A stretch of DNA of 64,000 bases, counting the filler, from Sanchytrium tribonematis (Eukaryota), in assembly GCA_018985235.1 (NCBI GenBank). It is 7 parts of 7 records of this genome, joined end to end, with 100 filler letters (N's around TTAATTAATTAA, not from the genome) between each part and the next. Parts side by side here need not be neighbours in the genome. Positions count along the whole stretch, not along the records: positions 47,054 to 56,324 come from JADGIG010000336.1; positions 56,425 to 64,000 come from JADGIG010000428.1; 5 more parts are not named here. One strand, 5' to 3'. Shown here in pieces: positions 52,744 through 63,342 of the stretch. Position 1 is the stretch's first letter. Every line of letters begins with the position of its first letter. Below the pieces are notes generated by a model that was not told the DNA's origin, did no database searches, and saw only the letters and a program-made list of their open reading frames with translations. A program made the position numbers and the translations under genes.

Positions 52744-54539
52744 ATGAGTACCAAAGGTGTAATGGTTTATATAAGAAAAAGACCTTTACTTGAAAATGAT
52801 GAAGATATTATTGATTGTCAATCCATAAATAAATTGGTAGTGAGTGACAAAAAAAATAAAGTTGATCTCACGTCATTTGAGGAAAAACACACATTTTACT
52901 TTGATAGAGTAATTGATGAAAAAACTGATTCAATTGGAATATCTGAATATGTCACACATGCAATGGCAGGAAATAGTTCCTTAATTTTTTGTTATGGACA
53001 AACTGGCTCTGGAAAAAGTTATACAATGTTGTCAGAGCATGGATTGGTATATACAGGATTGCAAGACGTTCTGACTTACTGCCCTGTTGCATTAAGTATT
53101 TTTGAAATATACCAAAATAATGTTCATGATTTATTAAATGATCGAGGGAAATGTGATATTCGAGAATATCAAGGCGAAATGATTGTTAAAGGGCTTACGG
53201 AAGTAATTATAGACATAGCGGATATTAAAAAAGCCAGAGAGGTCATTGAAAAAGCCCTGTTGACGAGATCGACTTCAGCCACCAATCAAAATGCTGACTC
53301 GTCAAGGTCTCATGCAATTATACAGTGCAAGTTACAAGCTGCTGTAGATCCTGGCTTAAATAGAAAAAAGCTGGATGTGCAAAAACAAGGTTGTATCACA
53401 TTTATAGATTTGGCAGGTTCTGAAAAAGCTCAGGATAGAGGAGAAACAAGTCAAAAAATTAGGATTGAAGGAGCCGATATCAACAAGTCTCTACTGGCTT
53501 TAAAGGAATGCATCAGAGCAATGGATTTGAAAAAGGGTCATACGCCCTTTAGGCAATCCAAGCTGACAATGGTTTTAAGGGATGGGTTTGTCGGATCTGC
53601 TAGAACCCTTATGATAGCATGCATTGCTCCCAATAGATCGAATTGTGAACACACGTTGAATACTTTAAGATATGCTGATAGGGTTAAAGAGCTAGACGAA
53701 GAAAAAGTCTCTGGAAAAAGTATTTTTGGCTTATATAGTGAATGCCACTTATTCGAATTTTCAAAGCCGACCTATGGAAGAACCAGTTTCTCCAATAGAT
53801 GACATGCTTTTAGATGAACACTCTTTAATGACCGATGTATCGCTATTAGAAAGTCCAGTTAGAAACGATAAGAAAAATTTAAAATCACAACCAAATTTAA
53901 ACTTCAGTAATGAGTCGGGTAGATCAAGGAAAAGATCTTCATCTCAAGATGCTATAAAATATCCCTATATTGATAATACAGCAATACCGCGGAAGACCAT
54001 TGTAAAGTCTACCTCAAGAAATTTTGAAAGCAGAAAATTGGACTCTTCACCGTATATGCAACCTTTGACTACCACCAAGCCATTACAAAGACCGCCTTCA
54101 TCGAGGTCTATTGAGGAGAATCCTAGAGTTAAACGCGAAACATTGATTAAAAATCCTCCAAAAGGAGATAAGACAGCTATTCCTACTAGAGTACTTCCTG
54201 AGATATCTCCGCAAGTTATTACTCCTCCCAATGCACAAAATCCAACGGGATCACCATCTCTTTTGAGTCCAAACATTTCACCTCATGAGGTGCGTGATAA
54301 AATGGATAAATTTATTATCGAACATCGGAAGTATATCCGTAATTTCTCCGATATGTATAAAAAGGTAGATGAATCTTATTTAGGATATGGATGTATTAGC
54401 ACAATTGACTCTTTCCCTGTCGTCGCAAAAAGATACAAGGACGGCATTCGATGAATATTTAAAAAATGTAGATGAACTTGCGGAACGAAAAATACAATAT
54501 GCAAATACTTTGCGTCAGTATATACACAGTCTAAAGTAA
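52744..54539 (+). CDS. Kinesin-13 family motor, 3 exons (52744-53719, 53739-54364, 54384-54539), 585 aa
   Basis: RKRPL, KVDLT loop, GQTGSGKS, SSRSH, DLAGSE, LKECIRA, PFRQSKLT, HTLNTLRYA; helical tail in exon 3. Confidence 0.93.
53720..53738 (+). other. 19-nt spliceosomal intron (phase 1) GTATTTTTGGCTTATATAG
   Basis: Removal joins SGK-M-NATY, in frame with ORF 53726-54454. Confidence 0.88.
54365..54383 (+). other. 19-nt spliceosomal intron (phase 0) GTAGATGAATCTTATTTAG
   Basis: Removal gives MYKK-DMDVLAQLTL...FDEYLKNVDELAERK, open to TAA 54537-54539. Confidence 0.87.
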
Positions 54540-54651
54540 ATTTGTTCATCGCCTGATGTGATTCATTTTAAAATTGCACAAACTGTAAAAAATTCCTGTT
54601 GTGTGACAACTAACTTTACAAGATTGCGTCATCTATTTTGAGGGTACGACA

Positions 54652-56324
54652 ATGGGAAAGTGGAAATGGCGAGGATTCGTCGTTATAATACTCTTAATAT
54701 CACTGCTATCATACTGTATCCTTGTGCCTGCGTATATACAATATAAACTTAATAGTTTTAATCTTAATGATATGACTATCAACAAAATGGAGATTGTTGA
54801 TAACAAAGTAGAATTCCAAGTAGAAATGCCATCGCAATTCTTTGTGCCAGCAACCGTTTTGTTGCCAAAAGTAGACGCAACTGTTTTATACCAAGATCAA
54901 GAATGGATGAAAGTTTCAATGGAAAATATAAAATTTAATTTAAAATACCCTAAACTCGATGGAATAGCCACCATGCATGAAACTGAAAATGAAGATGCAA
55001 TGAATGAGTTAATGGAAAATGGTTTTCGTGATCAATTTAGAATTGAAGCTGTTGTAAAAATACACTACTATATTCCCTGGTACACACTAAGTGTGTATAA
55101 GACTTTGAATATACCAGAAGTAAAAGCAGACGTGCTGAGCATATACAATTCGATGCCAGATTATATATTTACGCCCGAATCCAAATTAGAAATGAATCAT
55201 ATGGAAAATTTGACATCTATCATTGGGGAACTGAGTCATCCTATTCCAGAATTTGAATTTAAGCATTACAAAATCACTCATCAAAACGATAGTCATTTAA
55301 ACTTTGATTTGACAACAGAATTTCAAAATCCGTTGAAGACGCAAATATTTTTATCAAAAGTATCATTTGATTTAACAATAGACAACGAGAGACTAGCTAA
55401 AATGAATTTGCGAAATTTTAAATTGGCAGGAAACCAAATTAGTGTTAATTTTGGAATACATTGGGCAATTACTGATATGAAGAAACTTCAAAATGTTTTT
55501 CAAAAAGTTATATCAAAAACTCTCAGCAAACAATACAGCGATTTCAAGCTGGAGAATCTCTTTATGACTGCAAATATTGTGCGTGGAAATGTTGATTTGT
55601 CGATTCCTATTGGTAAATGGCTCCAATCTTTTAATTTATATGATGTCTTACATCAAAATTTATGGAATTATTTGCAATTTGAGGTTAAAAGTGAAGGTGA
55701 CAAGTTTAGAATGAATTGGAAATTTTCGATCCCGTTTATCTTCAAGATTGTGTCTACTGCTTTCCCATATAATGTTGAATTTGATATCAGCGGAATCAAG
55801 AATCACGATGGATTTATGAATTTGCAGCTGAGCAATATGAATGTTTTGATGGAGAACAGGGCTCTTACGATTTTTGGAACTGGCCTTGTTAAATTTTACG
55901 ACCATACCAAGGCTCTAGATTCTGCAGAACATTTAGGTGACATTTTCCACGACATGAAAACATTTTATATCTCCAAATTCAGCATTAAGAGTCATATCCA
56001 CAAAAGATCAAGTTGGCACAATGGCTTTCAAAATGTGCTGATCCCTGTGACTTTAAGCCCAATTGAATTAGATCAAATTTTCCATCATGTTTTAAGAGAA
56101 TTTAGTGCAAAAAAAGTTCGTGCCCACACTTATGTCAAAGGAAATGAATTTCATGTTCAAATGCAATCCTCATTCTACATACCCGTTGAAATTTCAGTTG
56201 ACAATTTAAACACCTGCTTTGATATAAAATTAAATGATTCGAAAGTCAATGTTTGTTTTGTCAATTTGACAATCAAAAATTCTAAAGTCACCAACGCATC
56301 AATAATATTTAAAGTTCAGGTCCA
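54652..56324 (+). CDS. Type II membrane protein with beta-rich repeats (DUF3712/Tag1-like), 3'-partial
   Basis: N-terminal TM; FQNPLKTQIFLSKVSFDL-type motif; runs into linker. Confidence 0.55.
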
Positions 56325-56424
56325 NNNNNNNNNNNNNNNNNNNNNNNNNNNNNNNNNNNNNNNNNNNNTTAATTAATTAANNNNNNNNNNNNNNNNNNNN
56401 NNNNNNNNNNNNNNNNNNNNNNNN
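56325..56424. other. Artificial contig linker
   Basis: 44 N + TTAATTAATTAA + 44 N. Confidence 0.99.
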
Positions 56425-56525
56425 CATCTAGTAAAAACTCCTTGATCGAATTGTCTGGAAAATAATCCAGATTTGGAGGGATTAAATTTTCTTACCTCCT
56501 CCGTGCTCCACTTTGCAATCCACAA

Positions 56526-57005
56526 ATGTTGCTGCCAGAAATCAATTACAACGATGCCAAATTCAATAATAAAGAATCATGCAAGAAATACATTGAAGCA
56601 TTGATGCTAGAACGATTAAATGGTGAATTATTGCCAGATCCATCGACAACAACCGGATTTCACTATGCAAAACCATTATGGAAAGTAGAGACTGATAGTG
56701 GACATGATTCTACGCAACAATCATCACAGGATGAAATGGTGAATGCGAATACCATGGTGCAACAACAGCGTGAAGCAGAATTGTCATATGATTGGTCAGA
56801 AACACGTGCAAATGTGGCAAATACCAAGCAATGTCAAATCTGTGGTAGAGAATTTTCTACCATATTTGCTTGTAAAAGACATGAAAAGAATGTTCATAGT
56901 CAGCGTGAGCCATGTCATCATTGTGGAATGCTATTAAAGATTAATGGACGTAAAGATGCATTGATGCGTCATATGAAGAGATGTGTTAAAAAACGAGGTC
57001 AATAA
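56526..57005 (+). CDS. C2H2 zinc-finger protein
   Basis: CQICGREFS....CKRHEKNVH and CHHC...RKDALMRHMKRC. Confidence 0.88.
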   Translation: MLLPEINYNDAKFNNKESCKKYIEALMLERLNGELLPDPSTTTGFHYAKPLWKVETDSGHDSTQQSSQDEMVNANTMVQQQREAELSYDWSETRANVANTKQCQICGREFSTIFACKRHEKNVHSQREPCHHCGMLLKINGRKDALMRHMKRCVKKRGQ

Positions 57006-57108
57006 ATTCTTTATCAAATTCAATAATAGCATGATTTGGTTGAAAATTAAAATTTGACCAATCAAATTTAGAGTTGGTGACTAAAAAGAGCATCCTCACT
57101 CTGATATC

Positions 57109-57639
57109 ATGTTGGACGAAGCACCATTACCATCTCTACTAATGCTGCTTACTCCAGAAGACTACCCTAAGCCATTTAGAACCCCAGATAAGATGTACGC
57201 CCATCCAAATGACTATATGGTCACAAATAACATCATTCAACCAAATATATTTTATTATAGACGTAATCAAAGAGCACGATTATTTCTGAGATTATCTATT
57301 AAAATTGAAAATGAGCAATATACCATTGCCACATTTCTATTAGACACTGGCTGTTCCACGCATCTCTATGTGAGTGATAGATTAAATGGTCTATTGAAAC
57401 ATCGCATTATGATGGATGAGTTGGGATTTGAATATATTGAGATGCATATTCATGGTGAAAAGGTCAATTGTCTTGTGAATGGTACTGGAAATCAACACTC
57501 TGCAAATGTAATGGGTTTACCCATGTTGATTCTACTAGGATTCAATTTAAAACAATTGCTTCCATCTCAAATGAAGTTTGATGATGAATTTGTTGCAAAT
57601 GACATTGCAAATTGCCATTTGGAACATGATTACTTGTAA
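57109..57639 (+). CDS. Stand-alone retropepsin-like aspartyl protease domain protein
   Basis: TFLLDTGCST catalytic motif and downstream NVMGLPML. Confidence 0.7.
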   Translation: MLDEAPLPSLLMLLTPEDYPKPFRTPDKMYAHPNDYMVTNNIIQPNIFYYRRNQRARLFLRLSIKIENEQYTIATFLLDTGCSTHLYVSDRLNGLLKHRIMMDELGFEYIEMHIHGEKVNCLVNGTGNQHSANVMGLPMLILLGFNLKQLLPSQMKFDDEFVANDIANCHLEHDYL

Positions 57640-57713
57640 GTCGAATGATTATAATAAAATGCCGATTTATTAGATATCTATAAATCCATTTGTTGGGGTG
57701 ATTCATTATTTTT

Positions 57714-58415
57714 TTAATTTGTTGGAAAACCGGAGAATCCATTTGGTCTCATCGTCAATGGTCCACTTATTTCCATAGATGCAGATGCAGTAGATGGGAA
57801 TCTATTACCCATTGGACTCACTTCTGCACTAGATGGAGCACTATTCGTATTTGTAGAGTGATGAGCAGGCATTTGAGCAGCTACAGGTGTTTCTGATGAT
57901 ACCACTGGTGCTATAGATGGATGATTCTGAGCACGTCTAACTGGATAATGTGGTGGGTATTTCGGATAATAAGGATGTCGATAATAAGGTGATTTTTGTG
58001 AATAATTTGGATATTTCTGATATTTCTGATATTTCTGATATTTTGGCTGTTGGTAATATTTTGAATAATATGGATGCTGGTAATACTTGGATGAAGATTG
58101 GGGATATCTGGATCTTTGTCTATAATACGCATATTTGTTCATTGGGTGTCTATATTGCATTGCATGTAATCCACGATTTGCAAATGTATTTTGACTTGAA
58201 AGACGTATTTGTGAGTGTGGTTGTGTATTCCCTGTCATTGGGACTGTTGTAGTCTCTGCTGTTGTAGATGGCGTGCCTGGTGGAGATTGAAAAGATGTGC
58301 CATGTGTTGTGGATTCTAAAGTACCTGCTGGTGGTTTAAATGTTTCTGCATTTGGGATGGTGGGTTGTTGTTGCTGTTGTAATGGCGTGGCAAATGCCAA
58401 TAATAAAGATATCAT
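57714..58415 (-). CDS. Secreted low-complexity protein with Tyr/Gln/Lys/Pro-rich core
   Basis: MISLLLAFA signal; KYQ x4 and HPYY repeats between S/T/P-rich flanks. Confidence 0.75.
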   Translation of the reverse strand: MISLLLAFATPLQQQQQPTIPNAETFKPPAGTLESTTHGTSFQSPPGTPSTTAETTTVPMTGNTQPHSQIRLSSQNTFANRGLHAMQYRHPMNKYAYYRQRSRYPQSSSKYYQHPYYSKYYQQPKYQKYQKYQKYPNYSQKSPYYRHPYYPKYPPHYPVRRAQNHPSIAPVVSSETPVAAQMPAHHSTNTNSAPSSAEVSPMGNRFPSTASASMEISGPLTMRPNGFSGFPTN

Positions 58416-58802
58416 GATGACCATGGAGATATAGTCCATGTGATATTTTCTACAAGATTTCAAGGAATATTAGGGCTATTTGCCAATCAAATTAATATTT
58501 GGGAATACAATGGTGATACAACTATCTGAGAGGGCTTTGACGTATATTGGGATACAATTGTCGTGAGACACACCCGTGGAATTGTGTGAAAAGGGTGAGT
58601 GAATGATTAGGAATAAAAATTTCAAGACTTTCGCATTGATGAATTGAACCACCGAATTAATTAAGTTTTGCGAGATTTATCTATGGTAATACTTTAACTC
58701 TTTCTGAAAAAATAAATAATTGGATAAATGACATGTTTTTATTAATTTGGAATGTGGAAAGTAGATATGCAACATTATCTTTGACGAAAAATTAATCTTA
58801 AT

Positions 58803-61613
58803 TTATTCAAACGCTCCAGTATAGTGCTGTTGTTTGGCCTTCTTTTTACGCGCATGTAGCCAATAATGACCATAAAATAACCCAATTATCAATACAAAAT
58901 TAAATAAAGCTCTAAAAATCATTTGCAATGTCCAATTAATGATCCATAAAGGCACATAGAATTTCACAAATGACACTTTTGAGATTATAGATGATTCGGT
59001 AGCCATCTGACTCTCATTTTTACTGTAAATACTAATCTTAATTGAATTTGTGATGAAATTTCTATAAATGACACGTGTTACAACTAAATAAAGAAGAAAT
59101 ACTCGGATTGCCTTGATTTTCAGTTGATTGTGAGCCATACATGTCTGAAATCTGACTAGTTGCTTTAACGAGTGATTCACTGTTAGACAGGGTCATTGGA
59201 TCTGTAGTCTTTGAAGAAAAGACATTGCTGCTTTTTAGGCTGCTGCTTTCCGCGCTGCTCAATGACAATTCTGTGGTAATTTGCTACTTCTCTGGCATAC
59301 TTTTTAAATAATACTTCTTACACATTGTATAATTGGCAATATTTGTATTATTTTGCAATGGATTATAGGACAAATCACAATTGGTTAATAAATTAGTGCT
59401 ATTTAATTGTACATCAAAAATATTGGTATTCCCTAGCACCAAGTCGGTTGGATTTTGTAAAATCAACTTGTCATTAAATGAGTTGCCTTCATATGCGTTA
59501 TCTCCAAGCACCACGATTTTCAAAGAAGCAGGAAAAGAAGGCAACGGACCAGTTAAATGATTTCCTTGTAATTGCAATTCTTCTAAATTGGGTGGTAAAT
59601 TTGGAATTGGTCCTATTACATTACAATAAGTCATTCTTAATATCTTCAAGGTACTTGGTAAAGATGGGAAAGATTGATTTAAATTAATATGATTCAGAAG
59701 CAATGTTTCTAATCCCTCTGAAAATACTGGCAATTTCCCACCAATATTTGTATTAGACAGATCAATCGTCTTGACGTATCCAGGAATAACTGGTAATCGA
59801 GCAGTCTGGTTAAATTCGGCGTAAGATATTGTTACTTTTTGCAATGATATTGGAAAATCTAAGACTGACATTGTGAAATTATCAACCGTTGTTAGTGGTA
59901 TGCTAATACCATAAAAATAAATTTCAGTCACATTTTGATTTGCACATGTCACAGCATTAATGGAATCACAACAATTCTTTTCAGCCTTGAAATTTTACCC
60001 CGCTTTTTGCAACAGATTCATAGTATATTTACAAGTCTCGAAATTGATAGGATCTGAATAACTTTGCAATTCATATTTGCAACTTGTCAAGTTTGTTAAA
60101 TCACTTACTGCGATATTATTCATTGTTACATCACAATTATAATTTGTGATTTTATTTAATGTCAATATTTTATCAATGAAATTACTTCTAAAATTAAATA
60201 CATAATAATCAATAGTCACAAAATTTGATAAATCAACAATTCCTGCTATCTTGTTGTAGGAAATCGAGATCGCTTTTAAATTATTTCCTTGTAATTGATT
60301 TTCAACAGAATCAAAATTATTGTTATCTGCGTAAAGTTGTTCCAATTGTCCCAAAAATGGAATAGTGCCATTTAATTGATTGTCAACCACATCAATACTT
60401 TTCAAATTAGTTGGTAATTTGCCAGTAATTGGGCCAGTCAATTGATTGAAATTTAAATCAAGAAATACCAAATTAGACAAACTGGATAAATCTGGAAATG
60501 ATCCACCAATGTTGTTGTTACTTGTGAACCTCAGACTAACTAAAGAGTTTGGTAATAGTGTAGTATTGAGGGTGCCATTGGAGGTTAAGTATTGTATTTT
60601 GATTCCAGTAATTCTATTTCCAGTGCACGAAATACTCCCAGTAATATCATTACAACAGCTATTTAAACTTGACAATTGACTAAATTTGTCTGGCTGTGTC
60701 AAATGCATATTTAGCTGTCTTAAGAATAAAATAAGATTTGGACAATCCGGGGATGGTGGGGATTTGTAGCTGATTTGACATCCTTTAGTCTGCAATCTGT
60801 TCAATTCATTCATATTATCAGGTTCAAAATGAATATTCCGAGTTGAGCATTGAGTTATTTTGTCTATATTTGGTATAAATAACCTATCAAAATAATTGGA
60901 GTTTATATTTAAGCTGGTGATATTTGGAGACGAGATGGTAAGATTCCCAACGAGTGAGTTGTCAGATAGAGCAAGAGATTTCACATTTTTAAAGTCTTGA
61001 TTTACAGACCCATAAAAGTTGCAAAATGATAAATCAAAAGTTTCAATAGTTTCTGCTAAATATGGGAATATTTTAAAGGGAGCATGTGATCCGCAGTAAA
61101 TATAATAGGCTACTTTTAATCCCGTTGCATTTAATGGAAAGATATCCATATCAGAATTTTCAAAATCAATATATTCCAAAGTATCTGGTAAACGAGGTAA
61201 AATTGGTGCTTCAAGATAACTATAGCAAAAATAACTAAAGTACGTAAGATTTGGTAATGTATACAATTCCAATTTGAGATGGAAAGTATACATCAAATCC
61301 ATGACTTTAAGCGTATCGGGTAATTGTTTGATAATCATTGATTTTTGACTAGCATACAAATCTAATACGCGTAATCGAGGTGGTAAATGGATCTCTGGAT
61401 ATGTTAATATGCTGTAATCATACAAAATCCCCAATGTAGCTCCGTAACCCTCTCATTTTCACAAATGACTCCAACGCCCAAACAACAATCTTTTTCATAT
61501 TGAATGAAATAATCTGTATTTGTGTATTTAATATCCAAATCTAATGCCATTCGAATCACAACTGGACAATCTATGGAAATAGCAACCAGAAATTTTAAAA
61601 GTAGCGCGTACAT
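58803..61613 (-). pseudogene. Three-module LRR receptor-like membrane protein, disrupted
   Basis: Signal peptide, three C...CC....C caps each followed by LRRs, Ser/Thr stalk, C-terminal TM plus KKK; 1-nt frameshift near 61430, in-frame TAA 59997-59995 and TAG 59286-59284. Confidence 0.78.
59084..59102 (-). other. 19-nt spliceosomal intron (phase 1) GTATTTCTTCTTTATTTAG
   Basis: Matches consensus; removal joins the stalk (QGNP-I-VTRVIYR) to the TM-encoding frame. Confidence 0.82.
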
Positions 61614-61667
61614 TTGAAAAAGTGGCTTGATTTTTAGAAATTTATTTATTGAAAAGCAATCCATCTA

Positions 61668-61787
61668 CTATTTTGTAGCCATGTTATTTGGATTCATTTG
61701 ATTTGACTTGTTGTCCCCAGCTGCTTTAAATGCGGCATTGTTTGGATTTCCTTGATTGGATTTATGATCTTGCTGTTGCTTATTCAT
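61668..61787 (-). CDS. 39-aa microprotein MNKQQQDHKSNQGNPNNAAFKAAGDNKSNQMNPNNMATK
   Basis: Internal duplication DxKSNQxNPNN; TATAAATA about 21 nt upstream; tandem TAG TAG; AATAAA downstream. Confidence 0.75.
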   Translation of the reverse strand: MNKQQQDHKSNQGNPNNAAFKAAGDNKSNQMNPNNMATK

Positions 61788-62189
61788 ATTCAAAATGGGA
61801 TTCACTGCTATTTATACCCTTCCAAATTGAATATCATTGGTCAATATATAGTTAGCCAAGGGGATCTACTGTTCTAGATTGACTAATATTTGCCTTCTAA
61901 AATAAACGCAAAGATCATAACATTTTCGAGCCAATTCTTTTTGGGTGATTTATTTGTCTACATACCAGTTGTTGCATTTGATTTATGCAATGATCCATCC
62001 TAAATCACCATACCAATATTCTACATTCCAATAATATAGTGACAGATTTATTGAAATAATTCGTAATAACGTATTTGCAAGTCATCTCAAAAACATCTTA
62101 TACAATATGTAAAATCATACATTATGGGCCCAAAATAGCTGATCATTATAATTTCTAGAAAACTAAATTCTTTTTTGGTCATAAGTGAT

Positions 62190-62414
62190 TTATTGAATCA
62201 AAAACACGCTAGTAGCAAAGAATGTAACAGATTGCAAAGTGGAAGCAGATGAATATTGTTCCTTATCATCAGGTGCATCTCCATGCGTATCTGCAGGTGT
62301 ATCAGGTCCTGCTGGAACAGCTGGTACAGTATCAGGCACAGATGGTGCTGCTTGAGAATGATCTTCACCATTGTGTGCAAAAACAGATAAAACAAAGAAA
62401 GCAATTGATTTCAT
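62190..62414 (-). CDS. Small secreted, probably GPI-anchored peptide, 74 aa
   Basis: Signal MKSIAFFVLSVFA, Pro/Ala/Asp-rich core, SSAS omega-like site, hydrophobic C-terminus; stop in AATAAA. Confidence 0.8.
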   Translation of the reverse strand: MKSIAFFVLSVFAHNGEDHSQAAPSVPDTVPAVPAGPDTPADTHGDAPDDKEQYSSASTLQSVTFFATSVFLIQ

Positions 62415-62822
62415 GTAATGTGTGGGGATGCTTCTCTATTTATGTCATTAAAAGGACATTAAATAAATATGATTGGGCCTTGGTAATTTGCAAATGATTG
62501 CACAGAAACGGGGTTACCGCAATTCCCATTTTGCAGCGCATTCAATTCAGTGGAAATGACGGGATTGCTAAAAATAGTATCATATGATAGTACAAGGCTT
62601 ACTGAACTATATTTGATGGGTTTTATAGTATTTTAGAGTCGATTGTGGATGATCCAATGAAATTCAATTTGAAATTTTACAAATTTGAGTGATTTTTGAT
62701 TGGGTGAAATGAAATCAGCGTGATTGTTGCAATTGAATTTGACTTGATTTGAATGAATGTGGCGACTTTACGATAGTTTCACGCGATTTTGCAACTCAAT
62801 TTACATTTTGCAACATTTCCCC

Positions 62823-63110
62823 ATGTCGCAAGAAATTTTACCCGGTGTATTTTTCGAATCAAAATCCAATCTAGCATTACCTGATGAAGCCATTGATGCA
62901 TTTAATGAGTTACCCACAGATGCATTACTATTTGAAGTGGATCATCTCAAGAATTCCCTCAAACATTTGGCAAGAAGCAATGATGAAATGGAGAAATTAG
63001 TAGAACAAGATAAAGAATTAGCACAGTATATTGTGGATAACATACATTACATGGCACAAATACGATTAAAGATTAATACGATGGAGGATATCTTAAAATC
63101 TAGAGCGTAA
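62823..63110 (+). CDS. Small coiled-coil protein, Tma17/Adc17-like
   Basis: EVDHLKNSLKHLARSNDEM...YIVDN...I pattern. Confidence 0.55.
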   Translation: MSQEILPGVFFESKSNLALPDEAIDAFNELPTDALLFEVDHLKNSLKHLARSNDEMEKLVEQDKELAQYIVDNIHYMAQIRLKINTMEDILKSRA

Positions 63111-63342
63111 TAAATTTATTTGAATAGGATGTCTTTATTTCAAAGCAGTTTATAAAAGCTCATTAAATTGCAATGTATTGTAATCCTCTCGCGATCTAGC
63201 TTCATTTCCTTTGTAAATATCCTTTGTTTTTCAGTTGAACAAATCAAAAGGGTGGCAAGTTTTAATTTAACCCTTGCAGAAACAAATGATTGATGCAATC
63301 TCTTAAGATAAATGATTTAAATCCCATCACTCTCACGTGTGC

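Noticed and set aside
9326..56424. Regularly spaced TTAATTAATTAA within N runs as a biological repeat
   Set aside because: Identical 100-nt artificial linkers between size-sorted contigs; gene neighbourhoods across them are not real
59284..59997. In-frame TAA/TAG in the LRR gene as stop-codon reassignment
   Set aside because: Conserved genes here end at TAA or TAG at expected positions and have no internal stops; the same gene also has a frameshift, so decay is simpler
61395..61434. An intron explaining the LRR 5' frame break
   Set aside because: 19 nt gives the wrong frame, and the 29-nt GTATG..CCAG candidate creates a TAG at the junction
550..62497. Many 60-140-aa ORFs antisense to or nested in larger genes
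   Set aside because: Shadow frames of well-supported genes with no independent motifs
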